Part shown: positions 23,046-35,979 of the stretch, piece after piece
Layout: every line of letters begins with the position of its first letter
How positions within the stretch are numbered: the first letter of the stretch is position 1
Origin: Spironucleus salmonicida
Taxonomy: Eukaryota
Assembly (NCBI RefSeq): GCF_000497125.1
Contig: NC_090599.1
Span: 930,001-994,000 of the forward strand
DNA length: 64,000 bases
Direction: 5' to 3'
The notes under the pieces: model-generated
The model's database searches: none
What the model saw: the letters and a program-made list of their open reading frames with translations, nothing else
Told to the model about the DNA's origin: nothing
Made by a program: the position numbers and the translations under genes

Positions 23046-26000
23046 ATGACCTGCGACCCCACATCCCTTAAACCCCTCAACAACGCGGGAACCTGCGTCG
23101 CCTGCTAGGAAGTTATACCCAACTGCCGTACCTGCACCCAGGCAACCCCAACAACGATCGCCTGCATAACCTGCAAAGCGCCCTTCACGGGTGCGACGTG
23201 CGAGCGAAACTGCGGCCCGGAAATGGTGCAGCTGAACGAAAGCAACTGCCAGCCGTTCTCGGTAGCCTTCCCGCACCCGAAAGACTACAAACTCGCCTGC
23301 TCCGGCAGAAAGTACGGCGAGCCGAGCGTTCCGGACGCAAACGGCGACATTTCCTGCATCTGCCGCGCGGACAAATCCGCTGCACGGCACTTCACAGGCC
23401 CGAACTGCGACCGGCGCGTGCTGGGCCTCAGATGCAAGGGCGGACTCGTCCCCGTCTGCGCCAAATGCAGCAGCACAGGCTGCGCGGACTGCATTCCGGG
23501 AACGCAAAGCGCAAATCCAGCATCCGGATGCTGCAACAACAGCTGCAAGACCTGCGCGGCCACGCAGGGCGACTTTTCGGCTGCAACGCCATTCCCGCCC
23601 TCTCTCTGCACCGCCTGCGACGCGGATTCGGAGCGGCCGGTGCTCAAAAACAGCGCCTGCATCGCCTGCGCGGACGCGATCGACGGCTGCCTGCTGTGCG
23701 CGCAGCCCGGGAACGGCCCCGCGCGCTGCACGCGCTGCCGCGACCGCCTCCGGGGCGCGTCCTGCGACGCCGAGTGCGGCCCGGGCTACGCGCAGTTCAA
23801 CGTCGATTTCTGCGCGCCGGCGACGTGCTAATAGCCATCAAAATGCAGCGGCCGCGGCAGCTGCGTTGAGGCGTCAGGAGGGCAGATCTGCACCTGCGAG
23901 GCGGGCTTCGCGGGCGCGAATTGCGAGCTGAACGGGCCGGCTTGCGAGGTCAAAAACTGCGAGTCCTGCGCTTCGGAAGGCGTTTGCGGCGTTTGCAGGC
24001 CGAATTTCAAGCTGGTTGGGCCCGGCTGTGCGGAAATGGAGTGTGAGGATTTGATTAAAAATTGCGAGATTTGCGATGGCGAGTTTCCGGCGTTCAGCTG
24101 CACTATTTGCGGACAAGAATTCACGGGGAAGGACTGCAGGACGCGCTGCGAGAACGGCTACGTGCAGTTCGGGGAGGACGCGTGTGGGAACATCTCGTGC
24201 GCGACGAATTTACCCTGCTCCGGGAATGGAACCTGCGCGGTCGACGAGGTTGGGAATAACGTCTGCGGCTGCAAGCATGGCTTCGCGGGGCGGAGCTGCG
24301 AGTTCCGCTGCGACTAGAGCTGCGCGAGCTGCGTCGAAAGCACCCCTGCCAACTGCACCAGCTGCCCTGACCAGAAATATTTGGTAGACATGAAGTGTGT
24401 TGCCTGCAGCCAGGTGCCAAACTGCATCGGCTGCGCGCAGCAACTCCCGGACCTGCACATCAAGTGCGTGGCGTGCGCGGACGGCTTCACCGGCGCATCG
24501 TGCGACCGGGAGTGCCCCGCGGGGCAGCTGCGTTACAAGACCGAGTTCTGCCAAAGCGCCTCCTGCGAGACTGCGGTTCCGTGCAACGGGAACGGCACCT
24601 GCCAGCTAGCGGGAAGCGACTTCCTCTGCCAGTGCAGTAGCACCACGGCTGGCCCCGACTGCGGGACGCTGCGCGCTGGCAAAAGGTGCGGCAGCGGCCC
24701 CGAGATCAAAAACTGCACGAAATGCACCAGCGGGCTGACGTGCGCCGAGTGCTTCATGGGCGCGAGCCTGTCGAGCGACGCGCTGCAGTGCTGCGCGCGC
24801 GGCTGCCGCGGCTGCGAGAGCAATGACCCGGATGTCTGCTTCGGCTGCGACAAGGGCAGCGCGAAGCCGTTTTACGACGGCGGCGCCTGCAAAACGTGCA
24901 CGGAGGTTTACGCGCAGTGCTAGCTCTGCAGCCAGCTGGGCTTTCTGAACAAAGTGACCTGCGAAGCGTGCGCCGCCCCGTTCACTGGCGCGCAGTGCGA
25001 CCTCAAATGCGCCCCCGGGGAGCGCCAGTTCAACGGGCGCTTCTGCCAGCCGGCGACGTGCAAGGAGCACGCGCCCTGCACAGGGGAGGGCGCTTGCGTT
25101 CCGAAGGGCAGCAACATGGCCTGTGAGTGCGTACGCGGCGTGGGGGGCACGAATTGCGAGCTGCGGCCGCGGTGCGACGTAGCGAACTGCCAGCTGTGCA
25201 CGCTCCACGACCACGGAGCGTGCCAGGATTGCGATTTGGACTACACGCCGAAAGGGGGGCTCTGCGCCCCCAAAACGTGCGCTGAGGCGCTGCCGAACTG
25301 CGCCTCGGGGTGCTCCGGCGCGCCTGCGAGCTTCTTCTGCGCGCGCTGCAAGCCTCCGTTCACGGGCCAGAGCTGCGAAAAATCCTGCGAGCCCGGCTTC
25401 GTGCAGTACCTGTAAGAGCACTGCCAGCCTGAAACGTGCGAAACCGGCTGCTCCGGGAGTGGAACCTGCGCGCAGGACGCTTCTGGGAATAAGTCCTGCA
25501 GCTGCGCCAAAAATTATAGTGGAATTAACTGCGAGAACAACTGCGCAGAGCCATGCAAAACCTGCACCGCAAGCAAGCAGGTCTGCACGTCCTGCTACGG
25601 CAGCTTTTCGCTGGAAAGCAGCACCTGTGTCAGCTGCGCGCAAAAGTTCCCGAACTGCGCCGAGTGTGCCGCCGCCTCCCCGCTCGCGTGCGCAAAGTGT
25701 GCCGTGGGGTTCACGGGCGCCTCCTGCACGGACACCTGCGCGCTAGGGACCGTCCAGTACGGCGTCTCCGGCTGCCAGCCGATTTCCTGCCTTTCGGCGC
25801 TTCCGTGCCAGGGCCAGTCCGCTTGCTTAGCTGCTGGGGGCGACCTAAAATGCACCTGCAAGAAGGACGCCAGGGGCCCGAACTGCGAGATCCATTCCGG
25901 GAAGGGCAAGACCTGCAACGGATACAAAATCTTAAAATGCGTCGCCTGCACTACCGGGCGCCCTCCCGCATGCGCGTTCTGCGCCGTCGGGTACCGGCTC

Positions 26001-26621
26001 AACTTTACACAGACCGAGTGCTGCGAGGGCCACTGTACGGACTGCGAAATGCGCGCGCCGGGCATCTGCACTAAATGTGACATTAAATCCGATTTCCCGT
26101 TCCTTTTTAACGGAAAATGCGGCAGCTGCGAGTCCGCTATAGAGAATTGCGCGAAGTGCGAGCAGGCTGACTTGTTCAGCGCAGTTTCTTGCGCATCTTG
26201 CATGGCTTAGTTTACGGGGGCGACTTGCGAGACTGACTGTGGCCCGGGCATGAGGCAGTTCAACGGAGGCTCCTGCCAAAGTGCGTCCTGTGGCACGCAG
26301 CTCGAGTGCAGCGGCAACGGCGTCTGTGCTGGCGGCCTGTCGGGGGACCGAATGTGCTCCTGCGCTGAGAATTTCGTTGGCGTGAACTGCGAGGGCTGCG
26401 GCGAGGGCTTCGAGCTCAAAAACGGAGCCTGCGAGGCGGTAAACGGAAGCTTTGGAGCTGGAAAAATAGCTGGAGTGGTAATTGGCGTTGGAATTGGAAT
26501 TGTGGCCATGGCAGCGATTAGCATATGGTGTCTGTGTAAGAACGGGAGCAGGAAGGCGAGGTTTGTAGACCAGGGGCTGATGTAGGGCGAAAATGGGAGC
26601 CAGGTGGCGATTGTGGACTGA
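23046..26621 (+). CDS. Cysteine-rich membrane protein with CxxC/furin-like and EGF-like repeats, C-terminal TM (1191 aa)
   Basis: Six ORF-track pieces are in one frame, joined by TAA/TAG; TM IAGVVIGVGIGIVAMAAISIWCL; TGA at 26619-26621. Confidence 0.9.
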
Positions 26622-27139
26622 GCGGAGTAGCGAGTCGAGATAACAGCAGGAAAATGAGAAAACTAACTTATAAGAACACCAGATGAAGTGATATAATGAC
26701 GATTAGCATATTGAAAAATTTGGTAACTAGAAATTCGGAGGCAGCTCTAGAATCGTGGAGCGAAGTTTTAGTATTCGTTGTATACTAGATGGAACTATAA
26801 ACCGCGGAGAAACATCAAGTGGCGAAAGCAAACTGATATAACAATATATCTAAACTTGAATTTACAGTACTATTATAGCATTTTCTATTTCTAGGTCGTG
26901 GTTTAACGCCGGAAAAGCACCCGAATCTTCGCCGTTGAAAGTCGAAATTTTGCTTTCGCTTCCGGATATATCGTTATGTCAGTTGCATGCTAAACTTTGC
27001 GAATGCTATAACGGCTGCGAGACCCTCAAATTGCACAATTTCGTGACAAAGAGGCGCTGCTAATCCGAGGAGTGGAAAATTTCGAAAGTTCGGAAACGCC
27101 GGTGCTCTGTACAACTGTAAAATATAGAATCTAAAATGC

Positions 27140-29609
27140 TCAGTCTCTCGCCTGCTGCGGCAATAGCGTTTGCCTGCGCGCCTCAGTTCCGAATGGTAAG
27201 TTGGCGAACCCAATATCGCCACCTCCTAGCAATAAAAGACGCGGCCGTGCTTGTTTGCGCCCAGCTTAGGTCCGGTAATGGTTGTTTACAAAGACTAACC
27301 ACGTCCTCCACTAACTATACGGCAACGCTGCTGGTAAGTGGGGACACCGCTACTCTAGCGCCTCGCAGCGCCTGGATGATTTGCCCGCCTTGAGGCGCCT
27401 TTGCACGACCAGGCTCACACAGAACGCAAGCAGGCCCACCACGACGGGGGCCAGCACGAAGCCAATCCAAAACACGCCCGACTCGTTCTCGAAGTTTGCC
27501 TCCGCGACGGGGAAAGCGCACCGCTCGGCGGCGCAGTCGAAGTCGGCGTGCCACTGGCGGTTCTTGGCGGAGACGGCATTGTGCAGCTGGATCTTTCCCC
27601 GGTAGCTCAGCGCAGGCCTCGGTGCGCTGGCGAACTAGCAGGTGATGGTCTCGTTGAAGTCCACGAAGGAGGTTTGTTCGCGGAGGTAGCCCCTGAATAT
27701 CTGCTGCTCCTGTCTGACCTCGATGATGCGCGGCGTGAAGGAGACGCTCTGCGGGACCCGGTTGGAGATGTACCGCTTCCCGCCGAACCGGCTCAGCCGC
27801 CACACGATGTCGTGCACGAAGGCGTTCGTGTCGATGGCCCGCGTGTGCGTCCTCCCCTGGTTGAACTCCACCCTGAGCCGCTCGTCCTGCCCCAGGTAGG
27901 CCACGACGCCGGTGGTGGTGAAGTACGCGTCGCTGAACACCCGCCGCGCGCAGTCGCCGTCCCACTGGGGGAACTCCGAGATCACGGGCCGCTCCCGGGG
28001 CCCATGGTCGCCCACCACCACCAGCAGGGAGTGGGGGTCGTTTAGGCGCAGGTGGGCCACGAGGTCGCTCAGCTGCCGGTCCGCGTAGTTCGCGACGCGC
28101 TGGTAGTCATTCTCGATGGCGTTGTCGTAGAACTTCGGCTGGTCGTAGCCCGTGAATGGGGTGTGCGTGTCCACCGTCATCACGACCCCGAAGGCCGGCC
28201 GCGCCGCAACCGACATCTGGTCGATGAACTGGCGGGTGGTGATACGGTCGCACACCCACGAGTTGGGCGGCGGCAGGTCGGGCAGGTACCCCTTCCGGGG
28301 GAAGTAGTACTGCGCCGTGTCGAAGTGGCTGTACAGAATGTTCTGCTTGCCGTCGAACTCCGGGGGCGACGGGGACGTGTAGTGGGTGGAGTAGGCCATC
28401 CGCCTGAACATGCCCGTCAGCGAGTCGTGCGCGTGGTTCCGCAGCTGCGTCATTGCCGCGCCGTACTGCAGGGGGAGCTCGCCGGTCATAAGTGCGTACC
28501 AGCCGTTGATCGTGGGCAGCGACAGCGTGGAGAGCGTGAGCTCTGTCGTCCCGCTCTGCTGGAGGCCGTGCAGCGTGGGCATCAGCGTTTCGGAGAAGAT
28601 GTTGTTCGCGACCAGCAGGGGACTGCCGACAGGGACTCGATGATGACCATGTAGACGTTCGGCATCTCTCCCGGCTGCTCCCTGCCTTGGGGCGCCGGGG
28701 CCTCGCACTGGTTGAACTGGCAGTAGCTCGCCTCGTCCCCCACCACGAACGGGAACTGGACGCTGTCGCGGTTGTCGATGTAGAACAGGCCCGGCGGCAG
28801 CTCAACGCTCTGGCGCTCGTCCCGGATCAACGCCTGCAGCCTCGCCTCCGGCAGGTGGTAGCGCGTCAGCGACTTGAGCATGTTCCAGTGCCCTGGCGCC
28901 GCCTCGGCCAGCTGCCCGTAGGGGAAGGCGATGAAGGAGGCGAATAGTGCGACCGCTACGAGGGAGAGCAGGGCCCCAACAGGGCCGGCCGCCCGTCGGA
29001 CTCTCCGCGTTGCCGAGGATATCTTGGCGGTCTGCATGTCCATCTCGCTCCCGAGCCCGGCGCTGACGGCCTGCAGCACAAAGTTGTGCGGGGCAGCTGG
29101 CCGGACCAGAAACGAGGATACTATGTGCTTCCGTCCGATCAGCACCAGCAGGAGCGCCAGCCCGACCGAGCCGATGACGATCGACGACAGCAGCACCCAG
29201 TGGATGATGTCCCTTCCGATGGCCAGCAGAAGCGTGGCGAGCGTGTTGGAGGAGGTCTTCTCGCCCGCGACTAGCAGCGTGCTGGGGAACAGGGTCGGCA
29301 CGCCGAGGATGTAGCTCTTGAACAGCGAGAAGCTGGCGATGCCCTGCATCTCGCGCCCCAGCTCGGTGTCGTAGATGCAGACCACCATGAAGAGCACCGC
29401 GAGGTAGAGCACCACGCACGTCGGGACGGCTCTGGCGACCTTCGCCTTGGCGCCAAGCAACTGGAGCGCGGCGAGCACGGACGCCAGCAGGAAAAGCGCC
29501 CGCTGTGAGACTGCTGGTTCTCGGCTGGCCCTAGCATGAAGCACTTCAGCCCTGCGATGAGGGAGGTGAAGACGGCATAGAGCACCAGCACAGACAGCGC
29601 CTCATGCAT
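27140..29609 (-). pseudogene. LTA synthase / sulfatase-superfamily membrane protein, frameshifted copy 1
   Basis: N-terminal TM helices then PNVYMVIIESL, LPTINGWYALMTG, TVDTHTPF, YADRQL, VVGDHG; frameshifts near 29510 and 28620; 3' end taken at first in-frame TGA. Confidence 0.75.
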
Positions 29610-29697
29610 ATTATGGAGCGTAGGGTGTAGACCCGGCGGCGGGCTAGAGCGGAGCGCTGGATGGTTGCCATGCAAACCAGGCAGACCCCTCATTCAT

Positions 29698-30107
29698 AGT
29701 GCCCGATGCCAGCTGGCTGGTGAGTATCTTGAGGTTTCCCGTCCAAGTTCCGTTCCCTATGCCGCTGCGCCAGGCCGAGGGTCCCGCCGCGGTGCCTTTG
29801 GCCGGCATGCGAGTCGGAGGGAAGAATTACCTTCTCTGGCCGCGCCGGAGGTAGCAAAATTCCACCAACGGAAACTCTATTTCCCCATGCTGGTGTGCAG
29901 CTGGCCCATAGTTACGTGTTTCCGTGCTTTGGCCAGGCTAGGGGATTGCGCTGGGTGGCTTCGGAATATGCGGCTGCTTGCTATGCTGGCACCCGGTTAT
30001 ACCCTGTTCGTATGCCCGGTCCCGCAAAGCGCTCTTGCGGTTATGGAGCTGGCGGCCGGGAGCTGGGTGAGGAGTCATGCCAGCGAGGGTGCTGGCTCAG
30101 GCTTTCC
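29698..30107. repeat. ~410-bp GC-rich dispersed non-coding element (also ~48040-48450, 61651-62071, 63405-63825)
   Basis: Four similar copies, with differing distal flanks and a small indel between copy pairs. Confidence 0.7.
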
Positions 30108-30536
30108 GTCAAAATCCATAGCTGCTAGATAGAATCCTACCAAATAGCTGGCAATCTTTAGTTGGTTTGCAGAGTCGCACAGCCAATAGATACATGCCAA
30201 CCATATACGCTAGGTTCGTTCAGTTAACTGAGGAATACGCAATGTTGACTATATTCTGTATAAATAGATTGGTGCTTGGTATTTATTAGAAAATGCAACT
30301 AGTAATATGCTACGATATTTTTAACGTTGCATTAAATATTATATTTAGTAATAATACATTCCTGCATGCATCTATGAGTATCAGCATTTCTATTTTTAGC
30401 AGTGTTACTATGATATCAACTGCCTAACCACTCCTTATTCTATACGCTCCCCTCTACTCACCGCTCTACTCGGGCCGCAGAAAAAACGGGGAGTGGTAAG
30501 CAGAAACCGCACTCGGGCCGCCCGCCCCACTCCACA

Positions 30537-31127
30537 ATGAACTTCGACTAGCCCTCCAAGATCTCCTTCGCGGGCCTCTCCTTCGGCCTCGACCTCGACC
30601 TCGGCCAGGAGTACTCGGTGCCCCTGCTGTTCACGCCCGCGGACTTCGAGACCGGCACGCTGAGCGCCACGCCCTCGGCCCGCGCGGAGGTGTCCTCCAG
30701 CTTCGCGGCCTCCGAGGTGTCCGAGGCGTCCGACCGCCCCCGCCGCCCCCACCGCGCGCAGAGCGAGTGGGCGCCCGAGGAGGACAGCCTGCTGCGGCGG
30801 CTCGCGGCGTGCCCGGAGCGCGGCACCTGGCCGCACATCGCGCGGGAGATCCACCGGCAGGTCCCGGGCGCGCCGGTGCGGTCCCCCGCGCAGTGCAACC
30901 AGCGCTGGGCCCGCGTGGCGAACCCCGCGATCCGCAAGGGCAAGTGGAGCCCCGCGGAGGACGCCCAGCTCGTGGCGGCGATCGCCGGGTCCCCGCCGCG
31001 CAGGTGGCGGCTGATCGCGGACAAGGTGCAGGGCCGCACGGACGTCCAGGTGCGGTACCGCCTGCAGGCCATCGGCAAGGGGCTGGTGCGCCAGCGGCTG
31101 ATCGGACGCGAGTGCCTGCCCGAGTGA
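30537..31127 (+). CDS. Two-repeat Myb-like DNA-binding protein (196 aa)
   Basis: ATG 30537 with TAG read as Gln; WAPEEDSLL..W..IA..RSPAQCNQRW..NPAIRKGKWSPAED..W..IA..GRTDVQVRYR; AGTGA stop. Confidence 0.9.
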
Positions 31128-31202
31128 GCGGTTTTGCAATTCGGCTGGTGCCAATCTTTAGCCTCTCCGGGAGGCCCAGGACACAGTGGCGGCGAACCTG
31201 GC

Positions 31203-32024
31203 TCACTTCCGCCCCTCGAGCCGCTTGCTGTACGGGCTCGCCTCTGCCGGAGGGTGGCTCGGGGCAGCGCCGCCGACCGTCTGGGCGAGCTGGGCCTGGT
31301 ACCGCAGGACGCTCTGCCGCCGGCCCCCAGCGCGGTGGGCCTACACGCGGATGTCCTGCAGCGTCTGCGCGTGCCGCCCCGGGGACACCGGTCCCGCGTC
31401 CATGATCGCCTTCAGGTCCTTGTACGGGGACGGCGGGTTGCTCAGGATACCCGCGGGGGCGCGCGGCCGGAGAACAGGCGGCGGCGCCGGGACCTGCCTG
31501 GCGGCGGGCTGCGTGCGCTCCGTGTGGACCGGGTACAGTCTGTCGGTGAGCTGCTGCTGCCTTCGCGCGGACTGCGTTTTCGCGGTAGAATGCGCGAGCT
31601 CCACCTCCTGCAGGCTGATCTTGAAGCCGCTGAAGAGCACGCTCTGGGGCTTCTGCTTCGGAATCTGCACGGAGCGCTCTAGCTGGAAGGCGACGGGTTT
31701 GCCGCGCGAGGCCGGCTGCACGTTGATCATCTGCTGGATCGCGAGGATCTCCTCGCAGTCCCGGACGCGCCTCTCGGTCTCTGACTGGATGGCGGCGTCG
31801 GACACCATGTCGTTGAAGACAATCGAGCACGTCTCCCAGTCCTCCTCGAACCTTGGGAGGTAAACCGCTAGCTCGGCGTCGACCTGCTGGAGGAGCGCCT
31901 CGAGCTGGCGCAGCCGCCGCATGCGCCGGATGCAGTCCTGCTCTTCGAGGTAGGACACGTTGCGCGACAGCTCCTGGATGTACACCTCGGAGTCCGAGCT
32001 GTCGAGCAGCGAGACGAATGCCAT
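31203..32024 (-). CDS. Hypothetical 273-aa protein, N-terminal coiled coil
   Basis: AAATG start MAFVSLLDSSDSEVYIQEL..., GC3-rich codons, reads through TAG to AAGTGA. Confidence 0.75.
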
Positions 32025-32113
32025 TTGTGGAAACGCCAATTAGTCGCGTTGTTCGCAATCGTATTATATTCCACAACCCCAGAAAGAAACCCCTCCCTCA
32101 GCACAAATTACCA

Positions 32114-34126
32114 TCACTTCCACGGCTCGCTCTGGCGCTTCCTCGCGCTGCACTTCACCGCGACGACGACGACGACCACCAGCAGGGCCCCGCAGAGCAC
32201 CGCCAGCGCGATCCCCGCGATCTCCATCCCCGCGCCAGACTTCACCACCGCGCCGTCCCCGGCCCCGTCCGGCAGGCACTCGCCCGCGAAGTTCCGCAGG
32301 ACGCCGTCCTGGCACTTCCCGCAGTTCCAGCCCTCGTACAGGGCGTCGCACTGGCAGATGTCGTCCTGGCACCGCCCGTGCCCGTCGCACTGCCTGCCCA
32401 GCCCGCAGCTGTTGCTGACGCACCTCGCGCCGTCGAAGCGGGCGCCGGTGGGGCATACCTCGCAGTTGGTGCCCCCGTGGCCCGGCAAGCAGTTGCAGAG
32501 CCCCAGCTGGCAGTAGCCGTTGCCGTTGCAGTGCGCCTCGCCCAAGCACGTGCTCGCCATGCAGACGCCGGCGTGCAGGTCGTGCCCCGCTGCGCAGCCC
32601 TCGCAGTTCCTGCCGGCGAAGTGGCCCGTGCAGACGCACTCGCTTCTGTCGTTGCATTTGCCCCTAAAGCTGCAGAACTTCGCCGAGTCGCCCGCGCAGT
32701 CCGGCACGCAGCCCTGTTGGGCATCATAGCGGTAGTTCTCATTGCTGCAATAGCAGGAAAACCCGTCCGCGCCCAGGATGCACACGTCCTGGTACGAATT
32801 GCAGTTTCTGCAGCCATCGGCAACGCATTTTCCACTCCCCTTGTCTAGCTTCCCCCCGTCTGGGCAGGTGCACTCAAAAGACTTCCCATCGAACACGCAC
32901 GCGAAGTCGGGGTGTACAGGAGTGCAGTCTTCCACGCAGGAGCTCTGCGCGCAGCCGGTCTTAGAGGGGTTTATGCGCTGCCCGTCGGGACATTTTTGAC
33001 ACTCGAACTTTCTGGCGGAGTAGGAATACCCGCAAAACTCGTCTTCGGCGCAGCCCACGCAGCTCGGAACGCACTCTTCTCCCAGGAAGCTCGTGCCCTC
33101 GGGGCAGTCCTGGCACTCGAACGCGGTCACGCCTGCATTCACCTTGCAGAGCTGTTTGCTTCTGGTGCAGTCGTAGCATATGTTTGCATTCAGGCAAATC
33201 TTCTTGTCGTCAGAAAGCTACTCGCCGTACTTGCACACGCACTGTACTTTGTCATCCTGGAAGCCGCACGATATGCTGTTCACGACGATATCGGGGCACT
33301 CCGCGTTGGAGCTGCAGAGGGCCTCGTAGCAGAATCCAAACACTTGCATGAAGCCCTTCTGGCACGCCTTGCATCTGGAGCGGTCGCAAATCAGGCAGTT
33401 ATCGACGTGTGAGCAGCTGGTCGCTGGCCCGCATCCGCCGCTGACGACGGCCATCCCCGGCGCGCAGGCAGCGCAGGCAGTGCTGTCATTGTTTTCGCAG
33501 CGCAGGCAGCCGAAAATCATATCGCATGGGGGAGCGGTGATACATACAGTGCTGTCGTCGCTCGGAACGGTGCCGATGGGGCATGCCTAGCAGGCGCCCT
33601 CCGGGGTGCAGACTTCGCCCCTTGCCGCGCAAACTTCGCAGGCAGCCTTCTTAAAGCAGTACAGCCGGTCTTCCGAGCTCGGCATGTTGTCTGCGCAGTA
33701 CCGGCAGGTGGTCGTCGCGGAAAACGAGGTCTCGCTCACCACCTGCACGCAGTGCGTATTCGGCGGACATGTGGTGCACTGCTTTGCCGATATGCATGTC
33801 TGCTTGTCGAACGAGGAGATCTGGCCGGAGCTGCAAGGCGTGCACGAGAGTTCGCCGTTCATGCTGGTGCATCTTTCCAGCCTCGTGCAGCTTGCGCATA
33901 CAGTGTTGTCAAGGCACTGCATCCCGTCTTCGGAGGGCTGCCCGGAGCACTCATTGCACTTAAAGGCTCCACTGGGGTCACAAACGCGCCTGGCGTTGAA
34001 GCAGGTTTGGCAGAATGCATTTTAGACGCAGACAGACTAATCTTTGGAAGGAGTAAAGCCATTCTGGCACCGCGTGCACGAGCATGGAGGAATCGTACTT
34101 ACGCAATTTTGAATATGGCAAGACAT
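32114..34126 (-). CDS. Cysteine-rich membrane protein with tenascin-like EGF repeats (670 aa)
   Basis: In-frame pieces joined by TAR; TM IAGIALAVLCGALLVVVVVVAV, tail KCSARKRQSEPWK, AAGTGA stop. Confidence 0.9.
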
Positions 34127-35118
34127 TTAAAGAAATGGTAAAATGGGGATATCTTAAACTTAGAAATAAAGCTAGAGTTGTAAAAATAATGTTTCTTGAT
34201 ATTGATTATTATAGAGAAAAAGGATAAAATTAATTTATACAATTGTATAAAAATAAAATGACTATACTAATTAAAAAGTTTATAGTCATGAGAGTTGAGT
34301 TTTCTGATTTTCACTTCTTAGTGTCCTCATAATAAATATACATAATACTATTATTTATATAGTAATTAATTTCATAATCACAAAATATAAGTAAAAGTAA
34401 ATGTTCACTGGTTAATAAATTTCAAAGTATAAGGTCTTCAATATTTATCTTTATTAGGTATATGGTATCATATATAATTTAAACTAACATAGAGTCGTTG
34501 AAAATTATTTTGTTTTTGCAATTAAAGTATTTATAATTTTACTTAAATTATTTTAAGAGGAGGTTTACTTCTTTTTAGTAATTATTGTTTTTAACCCTCA
34601 TAAGTAAACCGCTATGGATAGCATAATTAACCTATCAATATTACCCTTACTAAGATGGAATCATTCTGGCTTATATTTCTGACCTAAATTGATTTAGTGG
34701 AATACAAAGATATACATTATATAGTATAATATATTTATATATAATTAATCACTTCTTATGGCTCCTAAGCATAAATGCCCCAGCTGCCACTAACCAACCA
34801 ATTATTGCTATGACACCAAGACCTGTAAAACGACTCTATAAAACCATCTTACCACCTTGACACATATACTAATCTATAATATCGCCATTTCTACATTCTG
34901 AGCAGAGAAGTTCGTGACATTTTAAAACACCACAAAACCTATCAGCATTACAAGGAGATAAATAAAGCTCATGAGATTATAGCGGTGCACAAACTCCAGA
35001 ATCCAAACAAACCCGGCCAAAACCGCATGATAATGGAATTAATTAGTTACATATCATTGCGAAATTTGTTTTGTTTTCACTACATTGGAAGGGGACAAGC
35101 AAGACATCCTTCCAAATA

Positions 35119-35745
35119 ATGGACTTCGCAGTCCGCGTCGACAGCAACGTGTCCCCAGAACCCCAACCCCAGATGGATATCGCACCCCCTCCAGTTCCCA
35201 ACCCGAACTTCCGCGTCGAGGAGCATCCTAGCATCCCGGAACAGCCTCTCGCATCGAAGCAGAAACCGAAGCGGGCGCGCCCCGGCTTCTTGGCGGACCG
35301 CACGCAGGAGAACGAGCAGCTCTTTGGGGATGTGTTCGCGGAGCGCTGGTTCCAGTTCAGCGACAACCTGCCGCTGCGCTCCCAGGGCGCCCAGGTGTAC
35401 GTGCTGGTGGCGACCATCGCGGCGCTGCTCTTTGCCATCACCGCCCAGCTCGCGGTCCTGACGCTGCCAGCAGGCCCCACGGCCACGATACGGGCGGTGT
35501 TCCTGGGTGCTGCCGGGGCGGCCTTCCTCCTCGGGCTGTGCAGGCTCGGCGCGGTGCAGCTGCTGCTCTTCGCCCACTGCAAGATGCTACTCTCGCGCCT
35601 CGCCGCCAACGTGTTCCTCGTCCTTGCGGCGCAGGTGCACGGCTTCGACTTCAGCACGCTGGCGGCTGCTTCCCTCGCCGGGAACGCCCTCAACGCGGTC
35701 GCCTGCGCACTGGGGGTCGTGAACCTGCGCGTGGTCGGCGTCTGA
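35119..35745 (+). CDS. Hypothetical multi-pass membrane protein (208 aa)
   Basis: ATG 35119, Pro-rich N-terminus then about four hydrophobic segments, TGA stop. Confidence 0.75.
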   Translation: MDFAVRVDSNVSPEPQPQMDIAPPPVPNPNFRVEEHPSIPEQPLASKQKPKRARPGFLADRTQENEQLFGDVFAERWFQFSDNLPLRSQGAQVYVLVATIAALLFAITAQLAVLTLPAGPTATIRAVFLGAAGAAFLLGLCRLGAVQLLLFAHCKMLLSRLAANVFLVLAAQVHGFDFSTLAAASLAGNALNAVACALGVVNLRVVGV

Positions 35746-35758
35746 GGCCCCTTCCAAA

Positions 35759-35978
35759 ATGCGAAGCGCTCTGGCCTGCCTGCTGCCCCACCCTCCGCGC
35801 CACGTGGACCTGCCCGGCATCCGCAGGGCGTACCGGGCCCATGCCGCGACGAGTTCCTGCCGACTTCGACCTGCTGGTGCGGGGCCGCGCGAGCGAGGAC
35901 GGCGAGTACCCGGAGCGCTGACGGACGACCTGGATACGGCCAAGTTCAAGGGCCGCCGCCCCCGGGCACTCCTTGACG
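35759..35978 (+). pseudogene. 5' fragment of an unknown gene truncated at the arm junction (mirror ~42128-42390)
   Basis: AAAATG start; truncated at different points in the two arms. Confidence 0.4.
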
Positions 35979-35979
35979 C

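Larger units (their letters stand above)
21567..35978. repeat. Left arm of ~14.4-kb inverted duplication
   Basis: ORF pairs mirror with coordinate sum 78148/78149; only scattered differences plus one diverged patch. Confidence 0.95.
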
